Shown piece by piece: positions 35,868 through 46,665 of a DNA stretch of 64,000 nucleotides (positions are counted from its first letter, which is position 1; the number at the start of each line of letters is the position of its first letter). The stretch is from NCBI GenBank assembly GCA_964538085.1, contig CAZIDF010000005.1, positions 154,395-218,394 on the forward strand. The letters are read 5' to 3'. The notes under the pieces were generated by a model that was not told where the DNA came from, made no database searches, and worked only from the letters and a program-made list of their open reading frames with translations. Source of the DNA: an uncultured Eubacteriales bacterium (lineage in GTDB: Bacteria > Acidobacteriota > Aminicenantia > Aminicenantales > Aminicenantaceae). Position numbers and translations under genes: made by a program.

Positions 35868-36946
35868 CTGTCCTCCTTGCGCACGCCTTCGTCCACATGG
35901 ATGATATGGACTTTTGCTCCCATCCGTTCTATGGCTTGGGCGATGTGTTCTGTCCTGTCTGGAGCATAAACAAACATGCATCCTCCCCCTCCAGAACCGT
36001 TGAGCTTTCCCCCCAAGGCTCCTGCATCGAGGGCGGCATCCATCATTTTGTCGATCTTCGGAGTGGAAGTCTGAAGGTAATTTCTGAGCACTTCATGCTG
36101 TTGAGTTAGAAGTTGCCCGAACTTATCATGATCGAATTCATCATCCTCGAATAGTTCTCTCCCTTTCACTGTCAAATCCCGTGTCATCAAAGTTCCTTGG
36201 AGCAACCGCTTGTTATCTGTGGGGAGTGTTTGCATCTCTTCCCATTCCCTAGCTCCTATCTGGCCTTTCAGATCGAATCCTTCGATTTTCCTTCGGATGG
36301 TCTCCATTCCGTCCAAAACATGACTCTTGATATATCCCAGCATACCGGTTGTGTCTTTTTTTTGAAGAGAATCAGCCAGGACAAAGGACTTCAGGGGATT
36401 TTTCAACTTTCGCACCCTCAGCTCATCTTCGAAAGTCACATTGACTACTCCTCCCAGAGAAGATGCGTAGTGGTCCATTTTGCCGCCGGGTTCATGGAAT
36501 TCGGCCACCTCTGCTAAAAAGCCGAGTTCGGCAATTTCTTCTGGGCTGTTGAAGGCTTTTTTGCCTGCGGCTTCCAATATAAACTTGCTCCATGCCACGA
36601 CCAGGGCCGATGAGCTGGAAGTTCCTGCATTGATCGGGATGGTTCCGTGAAGATGACAATCCCAGCCCGAGTGGAATCCAATGCCTTTTCTTTTGAGAAC
36701 GTTGACGGCACTCCTAAGATAATCGCGCCTCTTACGATAGGTGATGTCCTCATCTATCGAAAATTCTTCACTTTCTCCAAGATCAGGAAGGTCGATTTTG
36801 ATGAGTTGATCATTTCGGGGAGTTCCTCGGATGAAAATCCTCAAATTTATTGCGGCTGCTATTATGGGCAATCCAAAATAATCTTGATGTTCGCCGAACA
36901 GACAGATCCTTCCTGGAGCCGAGACGGATATTTCCTTCTTTTCCAT
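35864..36946 (-). CDS. GHMP kinase, galactokinase-like
   Basis: N-terminal galactokinase-type signature APGRICLFGEHQDY and GHMP ATP-binding motif PINAGTSSSSALVVAW. It overlaps the efp start by 4 nt (ATGA). Confidence 0.65.
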   Translation of the reverse strand: MEKKEISVSAPGRICLFGEHQDYFGLPIIAAAINLRIFIRGTPRNDQLIKIDLPDLGESEEFSIDEDITYRKRRDYLRSAVNVLKRKGIGFHSGWDCHLHGTIPINAGTSSSSALVVAWSKFILEAAGKKAFNSPEEIAELGFLAEVAEFHEPGGKMDHYASSLGGVVNVTFEDELRVRKLKNPLKSFVLADSLQKKDTTGMLGYIKSHVLDGMETIRRKIEGFDLKGQIGAREWEEMQTLPTDNKRLLQGTLMTRDLTVKGRELFEDDEFDHDKFGQLLTQQHEVLRNYLQTSTPKIDKMMDAALDAGALGGKLNGSGGGGCMFVYAPDRTEHIAQAIERMGAKVHIIHVDEGVRKEDR

Positions 36947-37046
36947 GTTATCTATTATCCAAAGTCAGACTTGACTGTCAACTCTTGCATGGGACCATGT
37001 TTTTTTATATAAATGATTTGATTCCAGAACAGGGCAATTAAAACGA

Positions 37047-37847
37047 ATGAGTGAACTTCATTTTATCGGAACAGGGGGTTCGGTGGCGACCGAAGAGAGA
37101 GACAACACTTCTTTTCTCTTTTTGAGTCAGGAGAATGTGGTGATGATCGATTGTCCTGGGAGTGTGATCCAGAAATTGAAAAAAGCCCGAATCGATCCCC
37201 GTAGCGTACATTCCATGGTTATCACTCACATCCATCCTGATCATATCTATGGATTGCCTTCTCTGGTCCATAGCTTGATGCTCCATGAGAGTGTCATCGA
37301 GATTTTAGGATCAGAAATAACCGTGAATTTTTGCGCAAGCTTGCTCGATCTTTTTCATCTGAGGAGCAAAAAGGTCAAGTGCCATGTGAATTTTGTTCCG
37401 GTCATGGAGGGTGAAACTTATCGCATATCTCCGAGTTTGACTTGTGCCTTCCATAAGGTCCCCCATAGCCCTTCTTCCATGGCGGTGGGTTTTACCCAGA
37501 GTAAGGAGGAGATAGGATTGTTTTATTCGGGCGACACTCCCCGGTTTCCTGAGTTGCTTCAGAGGATGAAAAACCTAGATTATTTGGTTCATGACTGCAG
37601 CGCCCCCTCTAGGTTTTTCGAGGAATATCCTTCCCTCTATTCTATGCATACGGATTCATTGACATTAGGGGAAATGGCCCAGGAGGCTGGAGTGAAGCAT
37701 CTGATACCCTGCCACTTTTTCGGAGAGCTCGAATACTCTATGGGCGAAATCGAGGAGGAAATCAGGAAGAATTTCCGAGGTGAACTGACTGTTCCAAAGG
37801 ATTTTTCCACGATTCCCCTCTATAGTTCCACAAGGAGGCAAATATGA
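37047..37847 (+). CDS. MBL-fold metallo-hydrolase (RNase Z-like)
   Basis: HxHxDH motif ITHIHPDHIYGL and downstream His/Asp ligands. It is 266 aa long. Confidence 0.65.
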   Translation: MSELHFIGTGGSVATEERDNTSFLFLSQENVVMIDCPGSVIQKLKKARIDPRSVHSMVITHIHPDHIYGLPSLVHSLMLHESVIEILGSEITVNFCASLLDLFHLRSKKVKCHVNFVPVMEGETYRISPSLTCAFHKVPHSPSSMAVGFTQSKEEIGLFYSGDTPRFPELLQRMKNLDYLVHDCSAPSRFFEEYPSLYSMHTDSLTLGEMAQEAGVKHLIPCHFFGELEYSMGEIEEEIRKNFRGELTVPKDFSTIPLYSSTRRQI

Positions 37848-39520
37848 AAGGATTTTCGGTAGTTTTTGTCGCCTTCCTATTTTTTTTGGGGGTCTCCTGT
37901 CAATCCATATCAAAAAATGAGCTGGCAGATTTGGTTTTTCTAAACGGTGTGATATGGACGGTGAATCCAAATCAACCTTGGGCCGAAGCGTTGGCTATCA
38001 AAGGAAATAAGATTCTGAAAGTCGGGTCCTCATCAGAAATGGAAAGAATCATCGGAGATAAAACAGACGTGATTAATTTGGATGGAGCATTCGTCCTGCC
38101 TGGTTTTACGGATTGTCACACCCACTTCCTCGATGGGGGATTTTCCCTATCCGATGTTCAATTGAAAGAGGCAAAAACAAGAGATGAATTTGCTGCGCGG
38201 ATCGAAGACAAGGCCCGGGAGCTGGGAAAGGGAATCTGGATCCTCAATGGAAATTGGGATCATCAGCGGTTCGATCCGCCGGAATTGCCGAGTAAGGACT
38301 GGGTAGATGCGGTGACTCCGGATAATCCCGTTTGTGTAAACCGCCATGATGGTCATATGGTGCTAGCGAACAGCGTTGCGTTGAAGATGGCAGGGATTTC
38401 CAAGGATACACCTGAGCCCGATGGAGGTGAAATTCTCAAGGATCCTCAAACGGGCGAGCCGACGGGAATTTTGAAGGATGCAGCGATGGACCTTGTTATG
38501 CAGCATATTCCAGAGCCAACATTTGAGGAAAAAATTGCAGCCACAAAAGCGGCCTTGAAGCATGCCAACAGCTTTGGGGTGACCTCTGTTCATGACATGG
38601 GATACACATCGAATTTTGAGGTGTACAAGCAGCTGTTGAATCAGGGAAAGCTGACCGCTCGACTCAAAATCTATATTCCGATCTCTTCTATCGATCTTTT
38701 GACCGGACTGGAGAAGGACTCCTTTCCGAGTAGCGACTTTTTGAAAATAGCTGGACTCAAGGGGTTTGTGGATGGATCCTTAGGATCTTCGACAGCGCTT
38801 TTTTTTGATCCATATTCGGATGACCCTTCGAGACGAGGCCTGTTGGTTGCAGATATGTTCCCGGACGGGATCATGCAGGAACGACTTCTTGCTGCTGATC
38901 GGGCAGGCCTCCAGGTTGCCGTTCATGCCATTGGGGATCAAGCCAATCATATCATTCTGGACATCTTCGAGGAGGTCATGAAAAAGAACGGGAAGAGAGA
39001 TCGTCGCTGGAGGATCGAACATGCCCAACATCTCGTCCCGGGAGACTTTGATCGATTCGGCAAACTCCGTGTCATCGCATCTGTTCAACCCTATCATGCT
39101 ATCGATGATGGCCGGTGGGCAGTGCAAAAGATCGGGGAGGAAAGGATCCGTCACACATACGCCTTCCAGTCTCTCCTAGAGAGTGGAGCTGTCCTGGCAT
39201 GCGGATCGGATTGGACAGTCGCTCCGATAAATCCATTGACTGGAATCTATGCCGCAGTCACACGCCAGACTTTGGATGGCGAAAATCCCGATGGATGGAT
39301 TCCGTTGCAGAAAATTTCCTTGGAAGAGGCCATCAAAGGATACACATTAAATGCCGCGTTCACAGAATTTGCCGAACACTTGAAAGGGTCATTGGAGGAA
39401 GGAAAACTGGCTGATGTGGTCGTTCTAGATCAAAACCTTTTCGAAATTCCCCCTGAAAAAATCTTGGATACCCAAGTTATCATGACCGTCCTCGACGGGA
39501 AAATTATTTATAAAAACTAG
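37844..39520 (+). CDS. Secreted amidohydrolase-family (Amidohydro_3) metal-dependent hydrolase
   Basis: Signal peptide, then GFTDCHTHFLDGG (the HxH metal-binding motif) and later His/Asp ligands (VHAIGD...CGSDW). It overlaps the MBL-fold gene by 4 nt. Confidence 0.7.
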   Translation: MKGFSVVFVAFLFFLGVSCQSISKNELADLVFLNGVIWTVNPNQPWAEALAIKGNKILKVGSSSEMERIIGDKTDVINLDGAFVLPGFTDCHTHFLDGGFSLSDVQLKEAKTRDEFAARIEDKARELGKGIWILNGNWDHQRFDPPELPSKDWVDAVTPDNPVCVNRHDGHMVLANSVALKMAGISKDTPEPDGGEILKDPQTGEPTGILKDAAMDLVMQHIPEPTFEEKIAATKAALKHANSFGVTSVHDMGYTSNFEVYKQLLNQGKLTARLKIYIPISSIDLLTGLEKDSFPSSDFLKIAGLKGFVDGSLGSSTALFFDPYSDDPSRRGLLVADMFPDGIMQERLLAADRAGLQVAVHAIGDQANHIILDIFEEVMKKNGKRDRRWRIEHAQHLVPGDFDRFGKLRVIASVQPYHAIDDGRWAVQKIGEERIRHTYAFQSLLESGAVLACGSDWTVAPINPLTGIYAAVTRQTLDGENPDGWIPLQKISLEEAIKGYTLNAAFTEFAEHLKGSLEEGKLADVVVLDQNLFEIPPEKILDTQVIMTVLDGKIIYKN

Positions 39521-39529
39521 AAATTATCG

Positions 39530-40513
39530 ATGATTTATCTTTATTTTGTCGCGCTTTTTATTGCATTTGCCATTCTTTTCAAGAGCGCCTCTTTTTTTGT
39601 TGATGGGGCATCGAGCATCGCTCGCATATTGTGTGTTCCCAAGTTGGTGATAGGGATTGTTTTGGTTGGGTTGGGGACAACTGCCCCTGAGTTCGGTGTG
39701 ACTTTGATCGCCGCAATAAAGGGAGCTGGCGAAATCGCTATCGGGAATGCCATCGGTTCTGTCATCTGCGATGATGGGGTAGCGCTTGCACTGGCTGCGC
39801 TCGTTGCGCCTTCGGTGATCTTTGTCAATTGCCGTGTCCTGAGAGCAGCGGGATTATTTTTGATTTCCATCGATGTGCTGGCTTATGTTTTGGCCAAAGA
39901 CGGACGGCTTGGACGGGTTGAAGGATTTTGTCTTGTCCTGATTCTTTGCCTTTATTATTTTTTCCTTATCAGGAGCCAGTGGCGGAATCGGTCTCGACAA
40001 AATGATGATAGGGTGGATTTGCCCTGTTCTGGAGATGCTGCCTCACAGCCGGACAGAAAATCATTGATCAAGCCAGCAAAACTATTCCTCTTGGGTTTGA
40101 TCGGTGTAGCCTTGACGAGCTTTGTCGTTGTGGAGATGGCGGTTAGAATAGCCCAGTTTTTTCAAATATCTGAAATCATCATCGGTTCGTCTATCATCGC
40201 AATCGGGACTTCCCTCCCTGAAATAAGCACGTGTATCACGGCGGCTCTAAAAGGGGAAGGAGAGATCGCCATCGGGGACATTATCGGGGCCGACATCCTT
40301 AATATCTTGTGGATAATCGGAGTCGCTTCGCTTGTCAAGCCCATCGAGGTAGACATTGACATAATCAATTTTTCTTTTCCCTTCATGATTTTGATCGTCG
40401 TTGTGATGCTGCTGAGCCTGAGGATCGGTTGCCGGCTGACCAAGTTCAAGGGATTTTTCCTTCTTTCCTTGTATGGATTGTATATCTTTTTGCTGCTCCG
40501 GATTTTTATTTGA
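39530..40513 (+). CDS. Ca2+/cation antiporter (CaCA family, YrbG-like Na+/Ca2+ exchanger)
   Basis: Two alpha-repeat signatures, GTTAPEF and GTSLPEISTCITAALKG, in a polytopic membrane protein. Confidence 0.75.
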   Translation: MIYLYFVALFIAFAILFKSASFFVDGASSIARILCVPKLVIGIVLVGLGTTAPEFGVTLIAAIKGAGEIAIGNAIGSVICDDGVALALAALVAPSVIFVNCRVLRAAGLFLISIDVLAYVLAKDGRLGRVEGFCLVLILCLYYFFLIRSQWRNRSRQNDDRVDLPCSGDAASQPDRKSLIKPAKLFLLGLIGVALTSFVVVEMAVRIAQFFQISEIIIGSSIIAIGTSLPEISTCITAALKGEGEIAIGDIIGADILNILWIIGVASLVKPIEVDIDIINFSFPFMILIVVVMLLSLRIGCRLTKFKGFFLLSLYGLYIFLLLRIFI

Positions 40514-40660
40514 AAAACGGGGTCGGTCTTTCATAACTTTCATAAAACAATGGTTTCGTATGGATATTTTTACAGAGTATGAAAGCCTGACTCCAAATTT
40601 TCTTGACTTAAAAACAGGGTCTGGTATTATTATTTGTCCTTTTGATACGTGGAGGACCGA

Positions 40661-41776
40661 ATGAATATTGGAGTCATAAACGAAAGCAATAAAATCGAGA
40701 ATAGGGCAGGATTATCTCCCAGTGGGATTTCCTCACTCGTGGAGAAAGGTCACAATGTTTATGTCCAAGCAGGGGCAGGATTAAAATCCGGGTACTCGAA
40801 CGAGGAGTATTCCTCTTTAGGGGCCAATATTGTGTTCACCAAGGAAGAAGCCTTTGGCCGTTCAGACGTGGTCCTCAACATATCCCCTCTGGATGAGGAA
40901 GAATGTAAACTCGTCAGGAAAGATCAGACCCTGTTCGGATTTCACCACTTGGCTGTTTCCCGCAAGAAAATCCTGGAAGAACTTCTCAAAAAGAATGTCA
41001 CCATGTTGGGATATGAGATTATCCAAAAACAAGACAACGAACTTCCCTTTATCGAGTGTTTGGGTGAGATTGCAGGGCAGATGTGTTTAGTCATATCGGG
41101 ACATTACCTTCAGACAAGCCAGGGAGGTCGAGGTATTGTTATCGGGGGGGTTGTGTCTGTGCCTCCGGCCACGGCTGTTGTGGTGGGAAGCGGTGTTCTT
41201 GCCAGAAGCGCGATCAAAGCCATGCTCGGAGCCGGAGCCCACACTATCGTTTTAGGTACCCACATGGACAGGCTGCGGGATCTTGAAGAAATGACTTCGG
41301 GTCAATTGGTCACCCTGATAGCAAGCCAGTATAACCTGGCGCGAATGGTAAAAATCGCTGATATCTTGATAGGAGCGGTGCTGAGACCAGGAGAGGTAGC
41401 CCCAGTCATGATAACACGCAAGATGGTCAGCTCGATGAAAAAGGGATCTGTCCTGATCGATCTGTCGATCGACCAAGGTGGATGCTCAGAGACATCCCGT
41501 TTGACTACCCTCGAGCAACCCACCTATATCGATGAAGGGATCATCCATTATTGTGTGCCGAACATCACCTCCACCGTCAGCCGGACATCCACCAAGTTGC
41601 TTTCGAACATGGTTGTTCCCTACCTCCTCCAAATCGGGGATAAGGGGATAAACAGCACACTCAAGGAAGACGAATCTCTAGCCAGTGGAATCTATGTGTA
41701 CAAGGGACAGCTTGTAAGGAAAGGACTGGCAGAAAGATTCGCCATGCCGTTCAAAGAGCTGGCCTCCTTATTATAA
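40661..41776 (+). CDS. ald: Alanine dehydrogenase
   Basis: MNIGVINESNKIENRAGLSPSGISSLVEKGHNVYVQAGAGLKSGYSNEEY matches the AlaDH/PNT N-terminal domain. An NAD-binding GxGxxA motif follows (VVVGSGVLARSA). GGAGGA lies upstream. Confidence 0.7.
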   Translation: MNIGVINESNKIENRAGLSPSGISSLVEKGHNVYVQAGAGLKSGYSNEEYSSLGANIVFTKEEAFGRSDVVLNISPLDEEECKLVRKDQTLFGFHHLAVSRKKILEELLKKNVTMLGYEIIQKQDNELPFIECLGEIAGQMCLVISGHYLQTSQGGRGIVIGGVVSVPPATAVVVGSGVLARSAIKAMLGAGAHTIVLGTHMDRLRDLEEMTSGQLVTLIASQYNLARMVKIADILIGAVLRPGEVAPVMITRKMVSSMKKGSVLIDLSIDQGGCSETSRLTTLEQPTYIDEGIIHYCVPNITSTVSRTSTKLLSNMVVPYLLQIGDKGINSTLKEDESLASGIYVYKGQLVRKGLAERFAMPFKELASLL

Positions 41777-41789
41777 AACAGGATACAAA

Positions 41790-42230
41790 ATGGAAAACAT
41801 ACTGAAAGATTTTGAACAAGACCAAAAAGAACTTATCCATATTCTGCATAGGGTTCAAGAGGAATTAGGATATGTTTCTCCTCAGGCTATAGCTTCCATC
41901 GCGAAACATCTAAAGATCTCTGAAAACGAAATTTTTAGCGTATTGACTTTTTATAAAGCATTCACCCTCGAGCCGCGCGGCAAACATGTCGTCACAGTCT
42001 GTATGGGAACGGCTTGTCATGTCCGGGGAGCTCCCAGGTTGGTGGATGATGCGAGCCGGGAGTTGGAAGTCGGAGTCGGCCAGACTACTCCAGATAAACA
42101 TTTTACCCTGGAGACTGTCAATTGCTTGGGCTGCTGTGCCATCGGTCCTGTGGTTGTGGTAGATGGCAAATATCATTCCTATGTGAAGAGAATGGATGCG
42201 ATCATAAAAGAGTATAGTGAAGGCAGGTAA
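41790..42230 (+). CDS. NuoE-like [2Fe-2S] thioredoxin-fold subunit (BfuA/HndA-like)
   Basis: Cys motifs CMGTACHVRGA ... CLGCCAIGPVVVVDG are typical of the NuoE / 24-kDa subunit. Confidence 0.8.
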   Translation: MENILKDFEQDQKELIHILHRVQEELGYVSPQAIASIAKHLKISENEIFSVLTFYKAFTLEPRGKHVVTVCMGTACHVRGAPRLVDDASRELEVGVGQTTPDKHFTLETVNCLGCCAIGPVVVVDGKYHSYVKRMDAIIKEYSEGR

Positions 42231-42235
42231 CCATT

Positions 42236-44152
42236 ATGGAAAGAATCAATCATCCTGAACAACTGGCTTCTTGGAAGAGCGAGATATTAGCGGGCCATCT
42301 TCCCTCAAAAAAGGTCATCGTCATTTCATCCGGAACCTGCGGTCAAGCCAGTGGTTCTCTCCAAATAATCGATGCGGTCAATCAAGAGTTGAAGAAGAAA
42401 GGTCTTCAAGACAATGTGGAAGTGAAGGTGACAGGTTGTCATGGTTTTTGTCAATTGGAACCGAATTTGATCGTTTATCCCGAAGAGACTTTTTACAAAA
42501 ACCTGAAGCCCGAAGATATCCCAGAAATCATAGAAAAGTCCATCATCAAGAATGAGATCGCTTCTTCTTTTGTTTTTGAAGATCTCGAGACAAAACGAAA
42601 GGCCGATAAACAGAGCGAAATTCCCTTTTATAAAAAACAGAAACGGCTTCTTACTGAGAATAATTTGAAGATCGATCCGAAGGATATTAAAGATTATGTA
42701 GCGCTGGATGGATACCAAGCTTTAGCCCAAGCATTATTCAACATGACATCCGAAGGTGTGATTGCCGAAGTTGAAAAGGCTGGATTGCGGGGAAGAGGGG
42801 GGGCAGGATTTCCTACAGGAAGGAAGTGGGAAATATGCCGAAGAGTCGACTCCGATGTGAAATACATCATCTGCAATGCTGATGAAGGTGATCCTGGTGC
42901 CTATATGGACCGGAGTTTGCTCGAAGGAAATCCTCATAGTGTCATCGAGGGCATGATCATCGGTGCCTACGCAATCGGCGCTCAAGAGGGATACATTTAT
43001 GTCCGGATGGAATATCCTCTCGCCGTTAAACACGTCAGCCTAGCCCTTGAGCAAGCCAGAATGTACGGATTCCTCGGCGAGTCTATACTCGGATCAGAAT
43101 TTGCCTTCGACATCCATTTAATCGAAGGTGCGGGCGCTTTTGTTTCTGGTGAAGAAACATCCTTGATGGCGTCGATCGAAGGAAAAAGAGCATTTCCTCG
43201 GCAGAGGCCACCCTTCCCGGCACAGGAAGGACTGTGGGGGAAACCAACCAATATCAACAATGTGGAAACATGGGCGAATGTCCCTCTCATTCTGCGGAAA
43301 GGTGCTGAATGGTACGCAAAGATTGGGACGAGAAGCAGCAAAGGAACAAAAATTTTCTCGCTGGTCGGGAAGATAAATAATACCGGATTGGTCGAAGTCC
43401 CGATGGGAATCACCCTTAGGGAAATTGTCTATGATATAGGAGGAGGCATTCAAGGAAAGAAAAAATTCAAGGCCATTCAAACAGGCGGGCCTTCGGGGGG
43501 GTGCATTCCAGCTGAAAAATTGGATCTGCCGATAGATTACGATACTTTGGCCAAGGCCGGATCGATCATGGGATCAGGGGGCATGATCATCATGGATGAA
43601 GAAACCTGCATGGTCGATGTCGCCAGATATTTTCTGAATTTCACTCAGGAAGAATCATGCGGAAAATGTGTTCCCTGTCGTATCGGGACAAAGCAGTTGG
43701 TCGAAATTTTAAATAAAATCGCCGATGGAAAGGGGGAGGACAGCGATCTGATAAAATTGGAAGATCTTTCCAAAACCATAAAGGCAGGATCGCTGTGCGG
43801 ACTGGGACAAACGGCACCAAACCCCGTTTTAACGACACTTCGCTATTTCCTGAAGGAATACGAAGCTCATATAAAAATGAAAACCTGTCCTGCACTGGTT
43901 TGTAAAGGCCTGATTGCCTACACCATCGATCCTGAAAAGTGTGTGGGATGTCTTTTGTGTTTAAAAAACTGCCCTGTCGATGCCATAGCCGGCGAAAGAA
44001 AAAAGGTCCATGTTATCGATCATGAGCTTTGCATAAAATGCGGTGCCTGTTTGGATGTCTGCCCAGTCAAGATCAGCGCTGTATCCAAAGTTACAGGAAG
44101 AAAAAAAGCCAGTATTTTGAAAAATGCTTCAGAAAAAAGAGTTGAAAAATGA
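42236..44152 (+). CDS. NuoF-like NAD(P)H-binding FMN flavoprotein subunit with extra Fe-S domains (BfuB/HndC-like)
   Basis: N-terminal thioredoxin-like 2Fe-2S domain, the NuoF core (GLRGRGGAGFPTGRKWE, an FMN site and an SLBB domain), a 4Fe-4S cluster (ESCGKCVPCRIGT), and two C-terminal ferredoxin-type CxxCxxCxxxCP motifs. Confidence 0.8.
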   Translation: MERINHPEQLASWKSEILAGHLPSKKVIVISSGTCGQASGSLQIIDAVNQELKKKGLQDNVEVKVTGCHGFCQLEPNLIVYPEETFYKNLKPEDIPEIIEKSIIKNEIASSFVFEDLETKRKADKQSEIPFYKKQKRLLTENNLKIDPKDIKDYVALDGYQALAQALFNMTSEGVIAEVEKAGLRGRGGAGFPTGRKWEICRRVDSDVKYIICNADEGDPGAYMDRSLLEGNPHSVIEGMIIGAYAIGAQEGYIYVRMEYPLAVKHVSLALEQARMYGFLGESILGSEFAFDIHLIEGAGAFVSGEETSLMASIEGKRAFPRQRPPFPAQEGLWGKPTNINNVETWANVPLILRKGAEWYAKIGTRSSKGTKIFSLVGKINNTGLVEVPMGITLREIVYDIGGGIQGKKKFKAIQTGGPSGGCIPAEKLDLPIDYDTLAKAGSIMGSGGMIIMDEETCMVDVARYFLNFTQEESCGKCVPCRIGTKQLVEILNKIADGKGEDSDLIKLEDLSKTIKAGSLCGLGQTAPNPVLTTLRYFLKEYEAHIKMKTCPALVCKGLIAYTIDPEKCVGCLLCLKNCPVDAIAGERKKVHVIDHELCIKCGACLDVCPVKISAVSKVTGRKKASILKNASEKRVEK

Positions 44153-46665
44153 AACTAATCATCGATGGAAAAAAGATAGAGGCAGAGGGAAAAAAAACCA
44201 TCTTGAATGTTGCTCGGGAGAATGGTATCCCTATCCCAGCTTTGTGCGATCATCCGATTTTGGAACCCTTCGGCGGATGTCGTTTGTGTATTGTCGAGGT
44301 CCAAGGTCGAAGAGGTTTCGCTCCCTCTTGCAGCACATATATTGAAGAGGGGATGGAAGTTAAATCCGATTCTCCTCTGCTTCGCAAAACACGCAAAGAA
44401 ATCCTCGGTCTCATACTGACCGAACATCCTGATGCATGCCTTGTGTGCTCGGAAAAACAAAATTGTGACAATTTTAAATCCACTATCAGGAAAGTCGGGG
44501 AAGTGACGGGATGCGTGCTCTGTCCTAATAACGGTCGTTGTGACCTCCAGGATGTCGTTGAAACCGTTCAGATCGACAAGGTCGATTTTCCTTCTGTTTA
44601 TCGGGATTTAGAGATCAAAAAAAACGATCCTTTTTTTGACAGGAACTATAATCTGTGCATTCTCTGTGGACGGTGTGTAAGGGTCTGTCATGAGCTGAGA
44701 GGAGCTTCGACCGTGCATTTCATAAACAGGGGATCAAAGGCGGTGATCGGGACAGTTTTGGATCGTCCCCTTCATCAGTCGGGATGCCAGTTCTGCGGTG
44801 CGTGTGTGGATGTTTGCCCCACCGGTGCTCTGACAGAGAGAGCCATCAAATATGAACCTCTACCTGAAGGTTCGAGCAAAACCATTTGCCCTTTTTGCAG
44901 CATCGGGTGTGAGCTGGAAGTGATGTTGTACAAAGAAAGGATATTGAGTGTTAAACCCTCCGATAATAGCGTCGTCAACAAGGGCCAGGCGTGTGTCAGA
45001 GGGAGGTTCCTTATCAAGGATGCGGTGTACAGCCAGCGAAGAGTGCTGCAACCCATGATCCGGCGGAATAAAGAGATGGAGGAAGTGTCTTGGGAAGAAG
45101 CGTTGGATTTCGTGGCGCAAAAAATAAAAACATTCAAAGGGAACGAGATCGGATTAATCCATTCTCCCCAGCTTGGCTGTGAGGATCACTTTGTTGCAGA
45201 AAAGTTTGCCCAGGATGTCATAAAAACCAAGAATGTGGCAACGACCGCAGGCTTTACTCCTTTGGATTCGCTTTCCCAATTAATCCAAAAGAATGGGATC
45301 AAGTTGTCATTCAATTTCAAAAAAGAAGACATCGCTCAAGCGGAGGTCATCTTTCTGACAGGAACGGAATTAGCTCTCTCTCACCCCTTGCTCTGGCTAG
45401 AAGTGCTGAAAGCCGTGCGCCAGGGGGCGAAGCTCGTTGTTGCAAGCCCTTACGAACAGATTGGAAACAGGTTTGCTTCAATATGGCTTCCGATAAAACA
45501 AGGATCTGAAGACCTGTTGTTCCTCTCTCTCTCCAAAATGATTCTCGGGGAAGGAGGGAGCAGTGTGAAAAGCCTTGAGGGATTCCCCATCTTTCAGAGG
45601 ACATTGGATAAACTCGATCTTTCCAAGTCCCAAGAAGAGATCGGTATCGATGAACAAAGTTTGTCCCAAGCGGCTGATCTATTGATGCAAGGCAAATCCT
45701 GTTTTATCGCGGGAATGGAACTGACACAATTCTCTCGGGAAAACAGAAATATGGCGGCGCTATGGAATCTGTCTCTGCTGTGCAATGCCCAGTTGATCCC
45801 CTTGGGGTCGGAAAACAACAACAGGGGCATTTTCGAACTCAAACGAAACGATTCGCACAAAGCGAAGTTTTTGCCACAAATCATGCAAAATTTACGGGAG
45901 GGGCAACTTAAAGCTCTGTATGTGATCGGATCGGTTCCGTTCGATAAAAAAATGAAGACAGAGTTTCTTGTCTTGCAAGACAGTTACATCAGTGAAATCT
46001 CGGAAAGTGCCGATGCCGTTCTTCCCGCGACCACTTTTGTCGAAACGGACGGAACAGTGGTTAACGTAGAGGGAAGAGTCCAAAGATTCCACAGGGTCAT
46101 ACAACCTCTCGGAGATGCCAAACCGGATTGGTGGATTTTGAGCCAACTGGCGAAAAAATTGAGGAAAAAGGACTTTGATTTCAAGAACTCACTGGATATC
46201 CTGAAGGAATTGAATAAAACGATTCCCGCCTTTTCCAAAATCAACCCGGCCAGCTTAGAGAAGGGGGAAAACCCATTCGTCGATGCTGGAGCAAAAGGAA
46301 AAAAGAAATTTTTACCTATGAAATCCCGAGATCAGATCCCGAAGACCGATAAAAAGTTCCCCTTTATTCTTTGGGCCGAACACCACTTGGATTATTACAG
46401 AAATCTTGTGTTCAGCCAGGAAATCAAAGGTTTTAAAATGCTGAGGAATTCCCAGTGGGTAAAATTAAACCCCGAGGATGCAAAATCACTGAAATTGAAA
46501 GATGGAGAAATTGTTATCTTGGAATCTCCAGGACGCAAAACAAGGGGAGTCGCCAAGATCACGGAAGCCGTTCCCAGAGGAACGATAAGAGCCAGCTTTC
46601 TCTGGAGCGATGGGCCAGAAGATTCCAGGTCCCCCCTGCCCGTGAAAGTAAAAAGAGGAAAATAA
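44149..46665 (+). CDS. NuoG-like Fe-S subunit with a molybdopterin-oxidoreductase-like domain that lacks a catalytic Cys/Sec (BfuC-like)
   Basis: N-terminal 2Fe-2S (CDHPILEPFGGCRLCIV), His-ligated and 4Fe-4S clusters (LCGRCVRVCHE, CQFCGACVDVCPTGAL), and a molybdopterin Fe4S4 motif (CPFCSIGCELE). No Sec/Cys-His catalytic motif and no [FeFe]-hydrogenase H-cluster motifs are present. ATGA overlap with the upstream gene. Confidence 0.65.
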   Translation: MKLIIDGKKIEAEGKKTILNVARENGIPIPALCDHPILEPFGGCRLCIVEVQGRRGFAPSCSTYIEEGMEVKSDSPLLRKTRKEILGLILTEHPDACLVCSEKQNCDNFKSTIRKVGEVTGCVLCPNNGRCDLQDVVETVQIDKVDFPSVYRDLEIKKNDPFFDRNYNLCILCGRCVRVCHELRGASTVHFINRGSKAVIGTVLDRPLHQSGCQFCGACVDVCPTGALTERAIKYEPLPEGSSKTICPFCSIGCELEVMLYKERILSVKPSDNSVVNKGQACVRGRFLIKDAVYSQRRVLQPMIRRNKEMEEVSWEEALDFVAQKIKTFKGNEIGLIHSPQLGCEDHFVAEKFAQDVIKTKNVATTAGFTPLDSLSQLIQKNGIKLSFNFKKEDIAQAEVIFLTGTELALSHPLLWLEVLKAVRQGAKLVVASPYEQIGNRFASIWLPIKQGSEDLLFLSLSKMILGEGGSSVKSLEGFPIFQRTLDKLDLSKSQEEIGIDEQSLSQAADLLMQGKSCFIAGMELTQFSRENRNMAALWNLSLLCNAQLIPLGSENNNRGIFELKRNDSHKAKFLPQIMQNLREGQLKALYVIGSVPFDKKMKTEFLVLQDSYISEISESADAVLPATTFVETDGTVVNVEGRVQRFHRVIQPLGDAKPDWWILSQLAKKLRKKDFDFKNSLDILKELNKTIPAFSKINPASLEKGENPFVDAGAKGKKKFLPMKSRDQIPKTDKKFPFILWAEHHLDYYRNLVFSQEIKGFKMLRNSQWVKLNPEDAKSLKLKDGEIVILESPGRKTRGVAKITEAVPRGTIRASFLWSDGPEDSRSPLPVKVKRGK

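Noticed and set aside
44149-46665. Considered calling the 838-aa NuoG-like protein a formate dehydrogenase alpha subunit or an [FeFe]-hydrogenase
   Set aside because: I could find no Sec/Cys-His catalytic motif after the CPFCSIGCE molybdopterin Fe4S4 motif. I could also find no H-cluster motifs (TSCCPxW, MPCxxK). It is annotated as a NuoG-like electron-transfer subunit instead.
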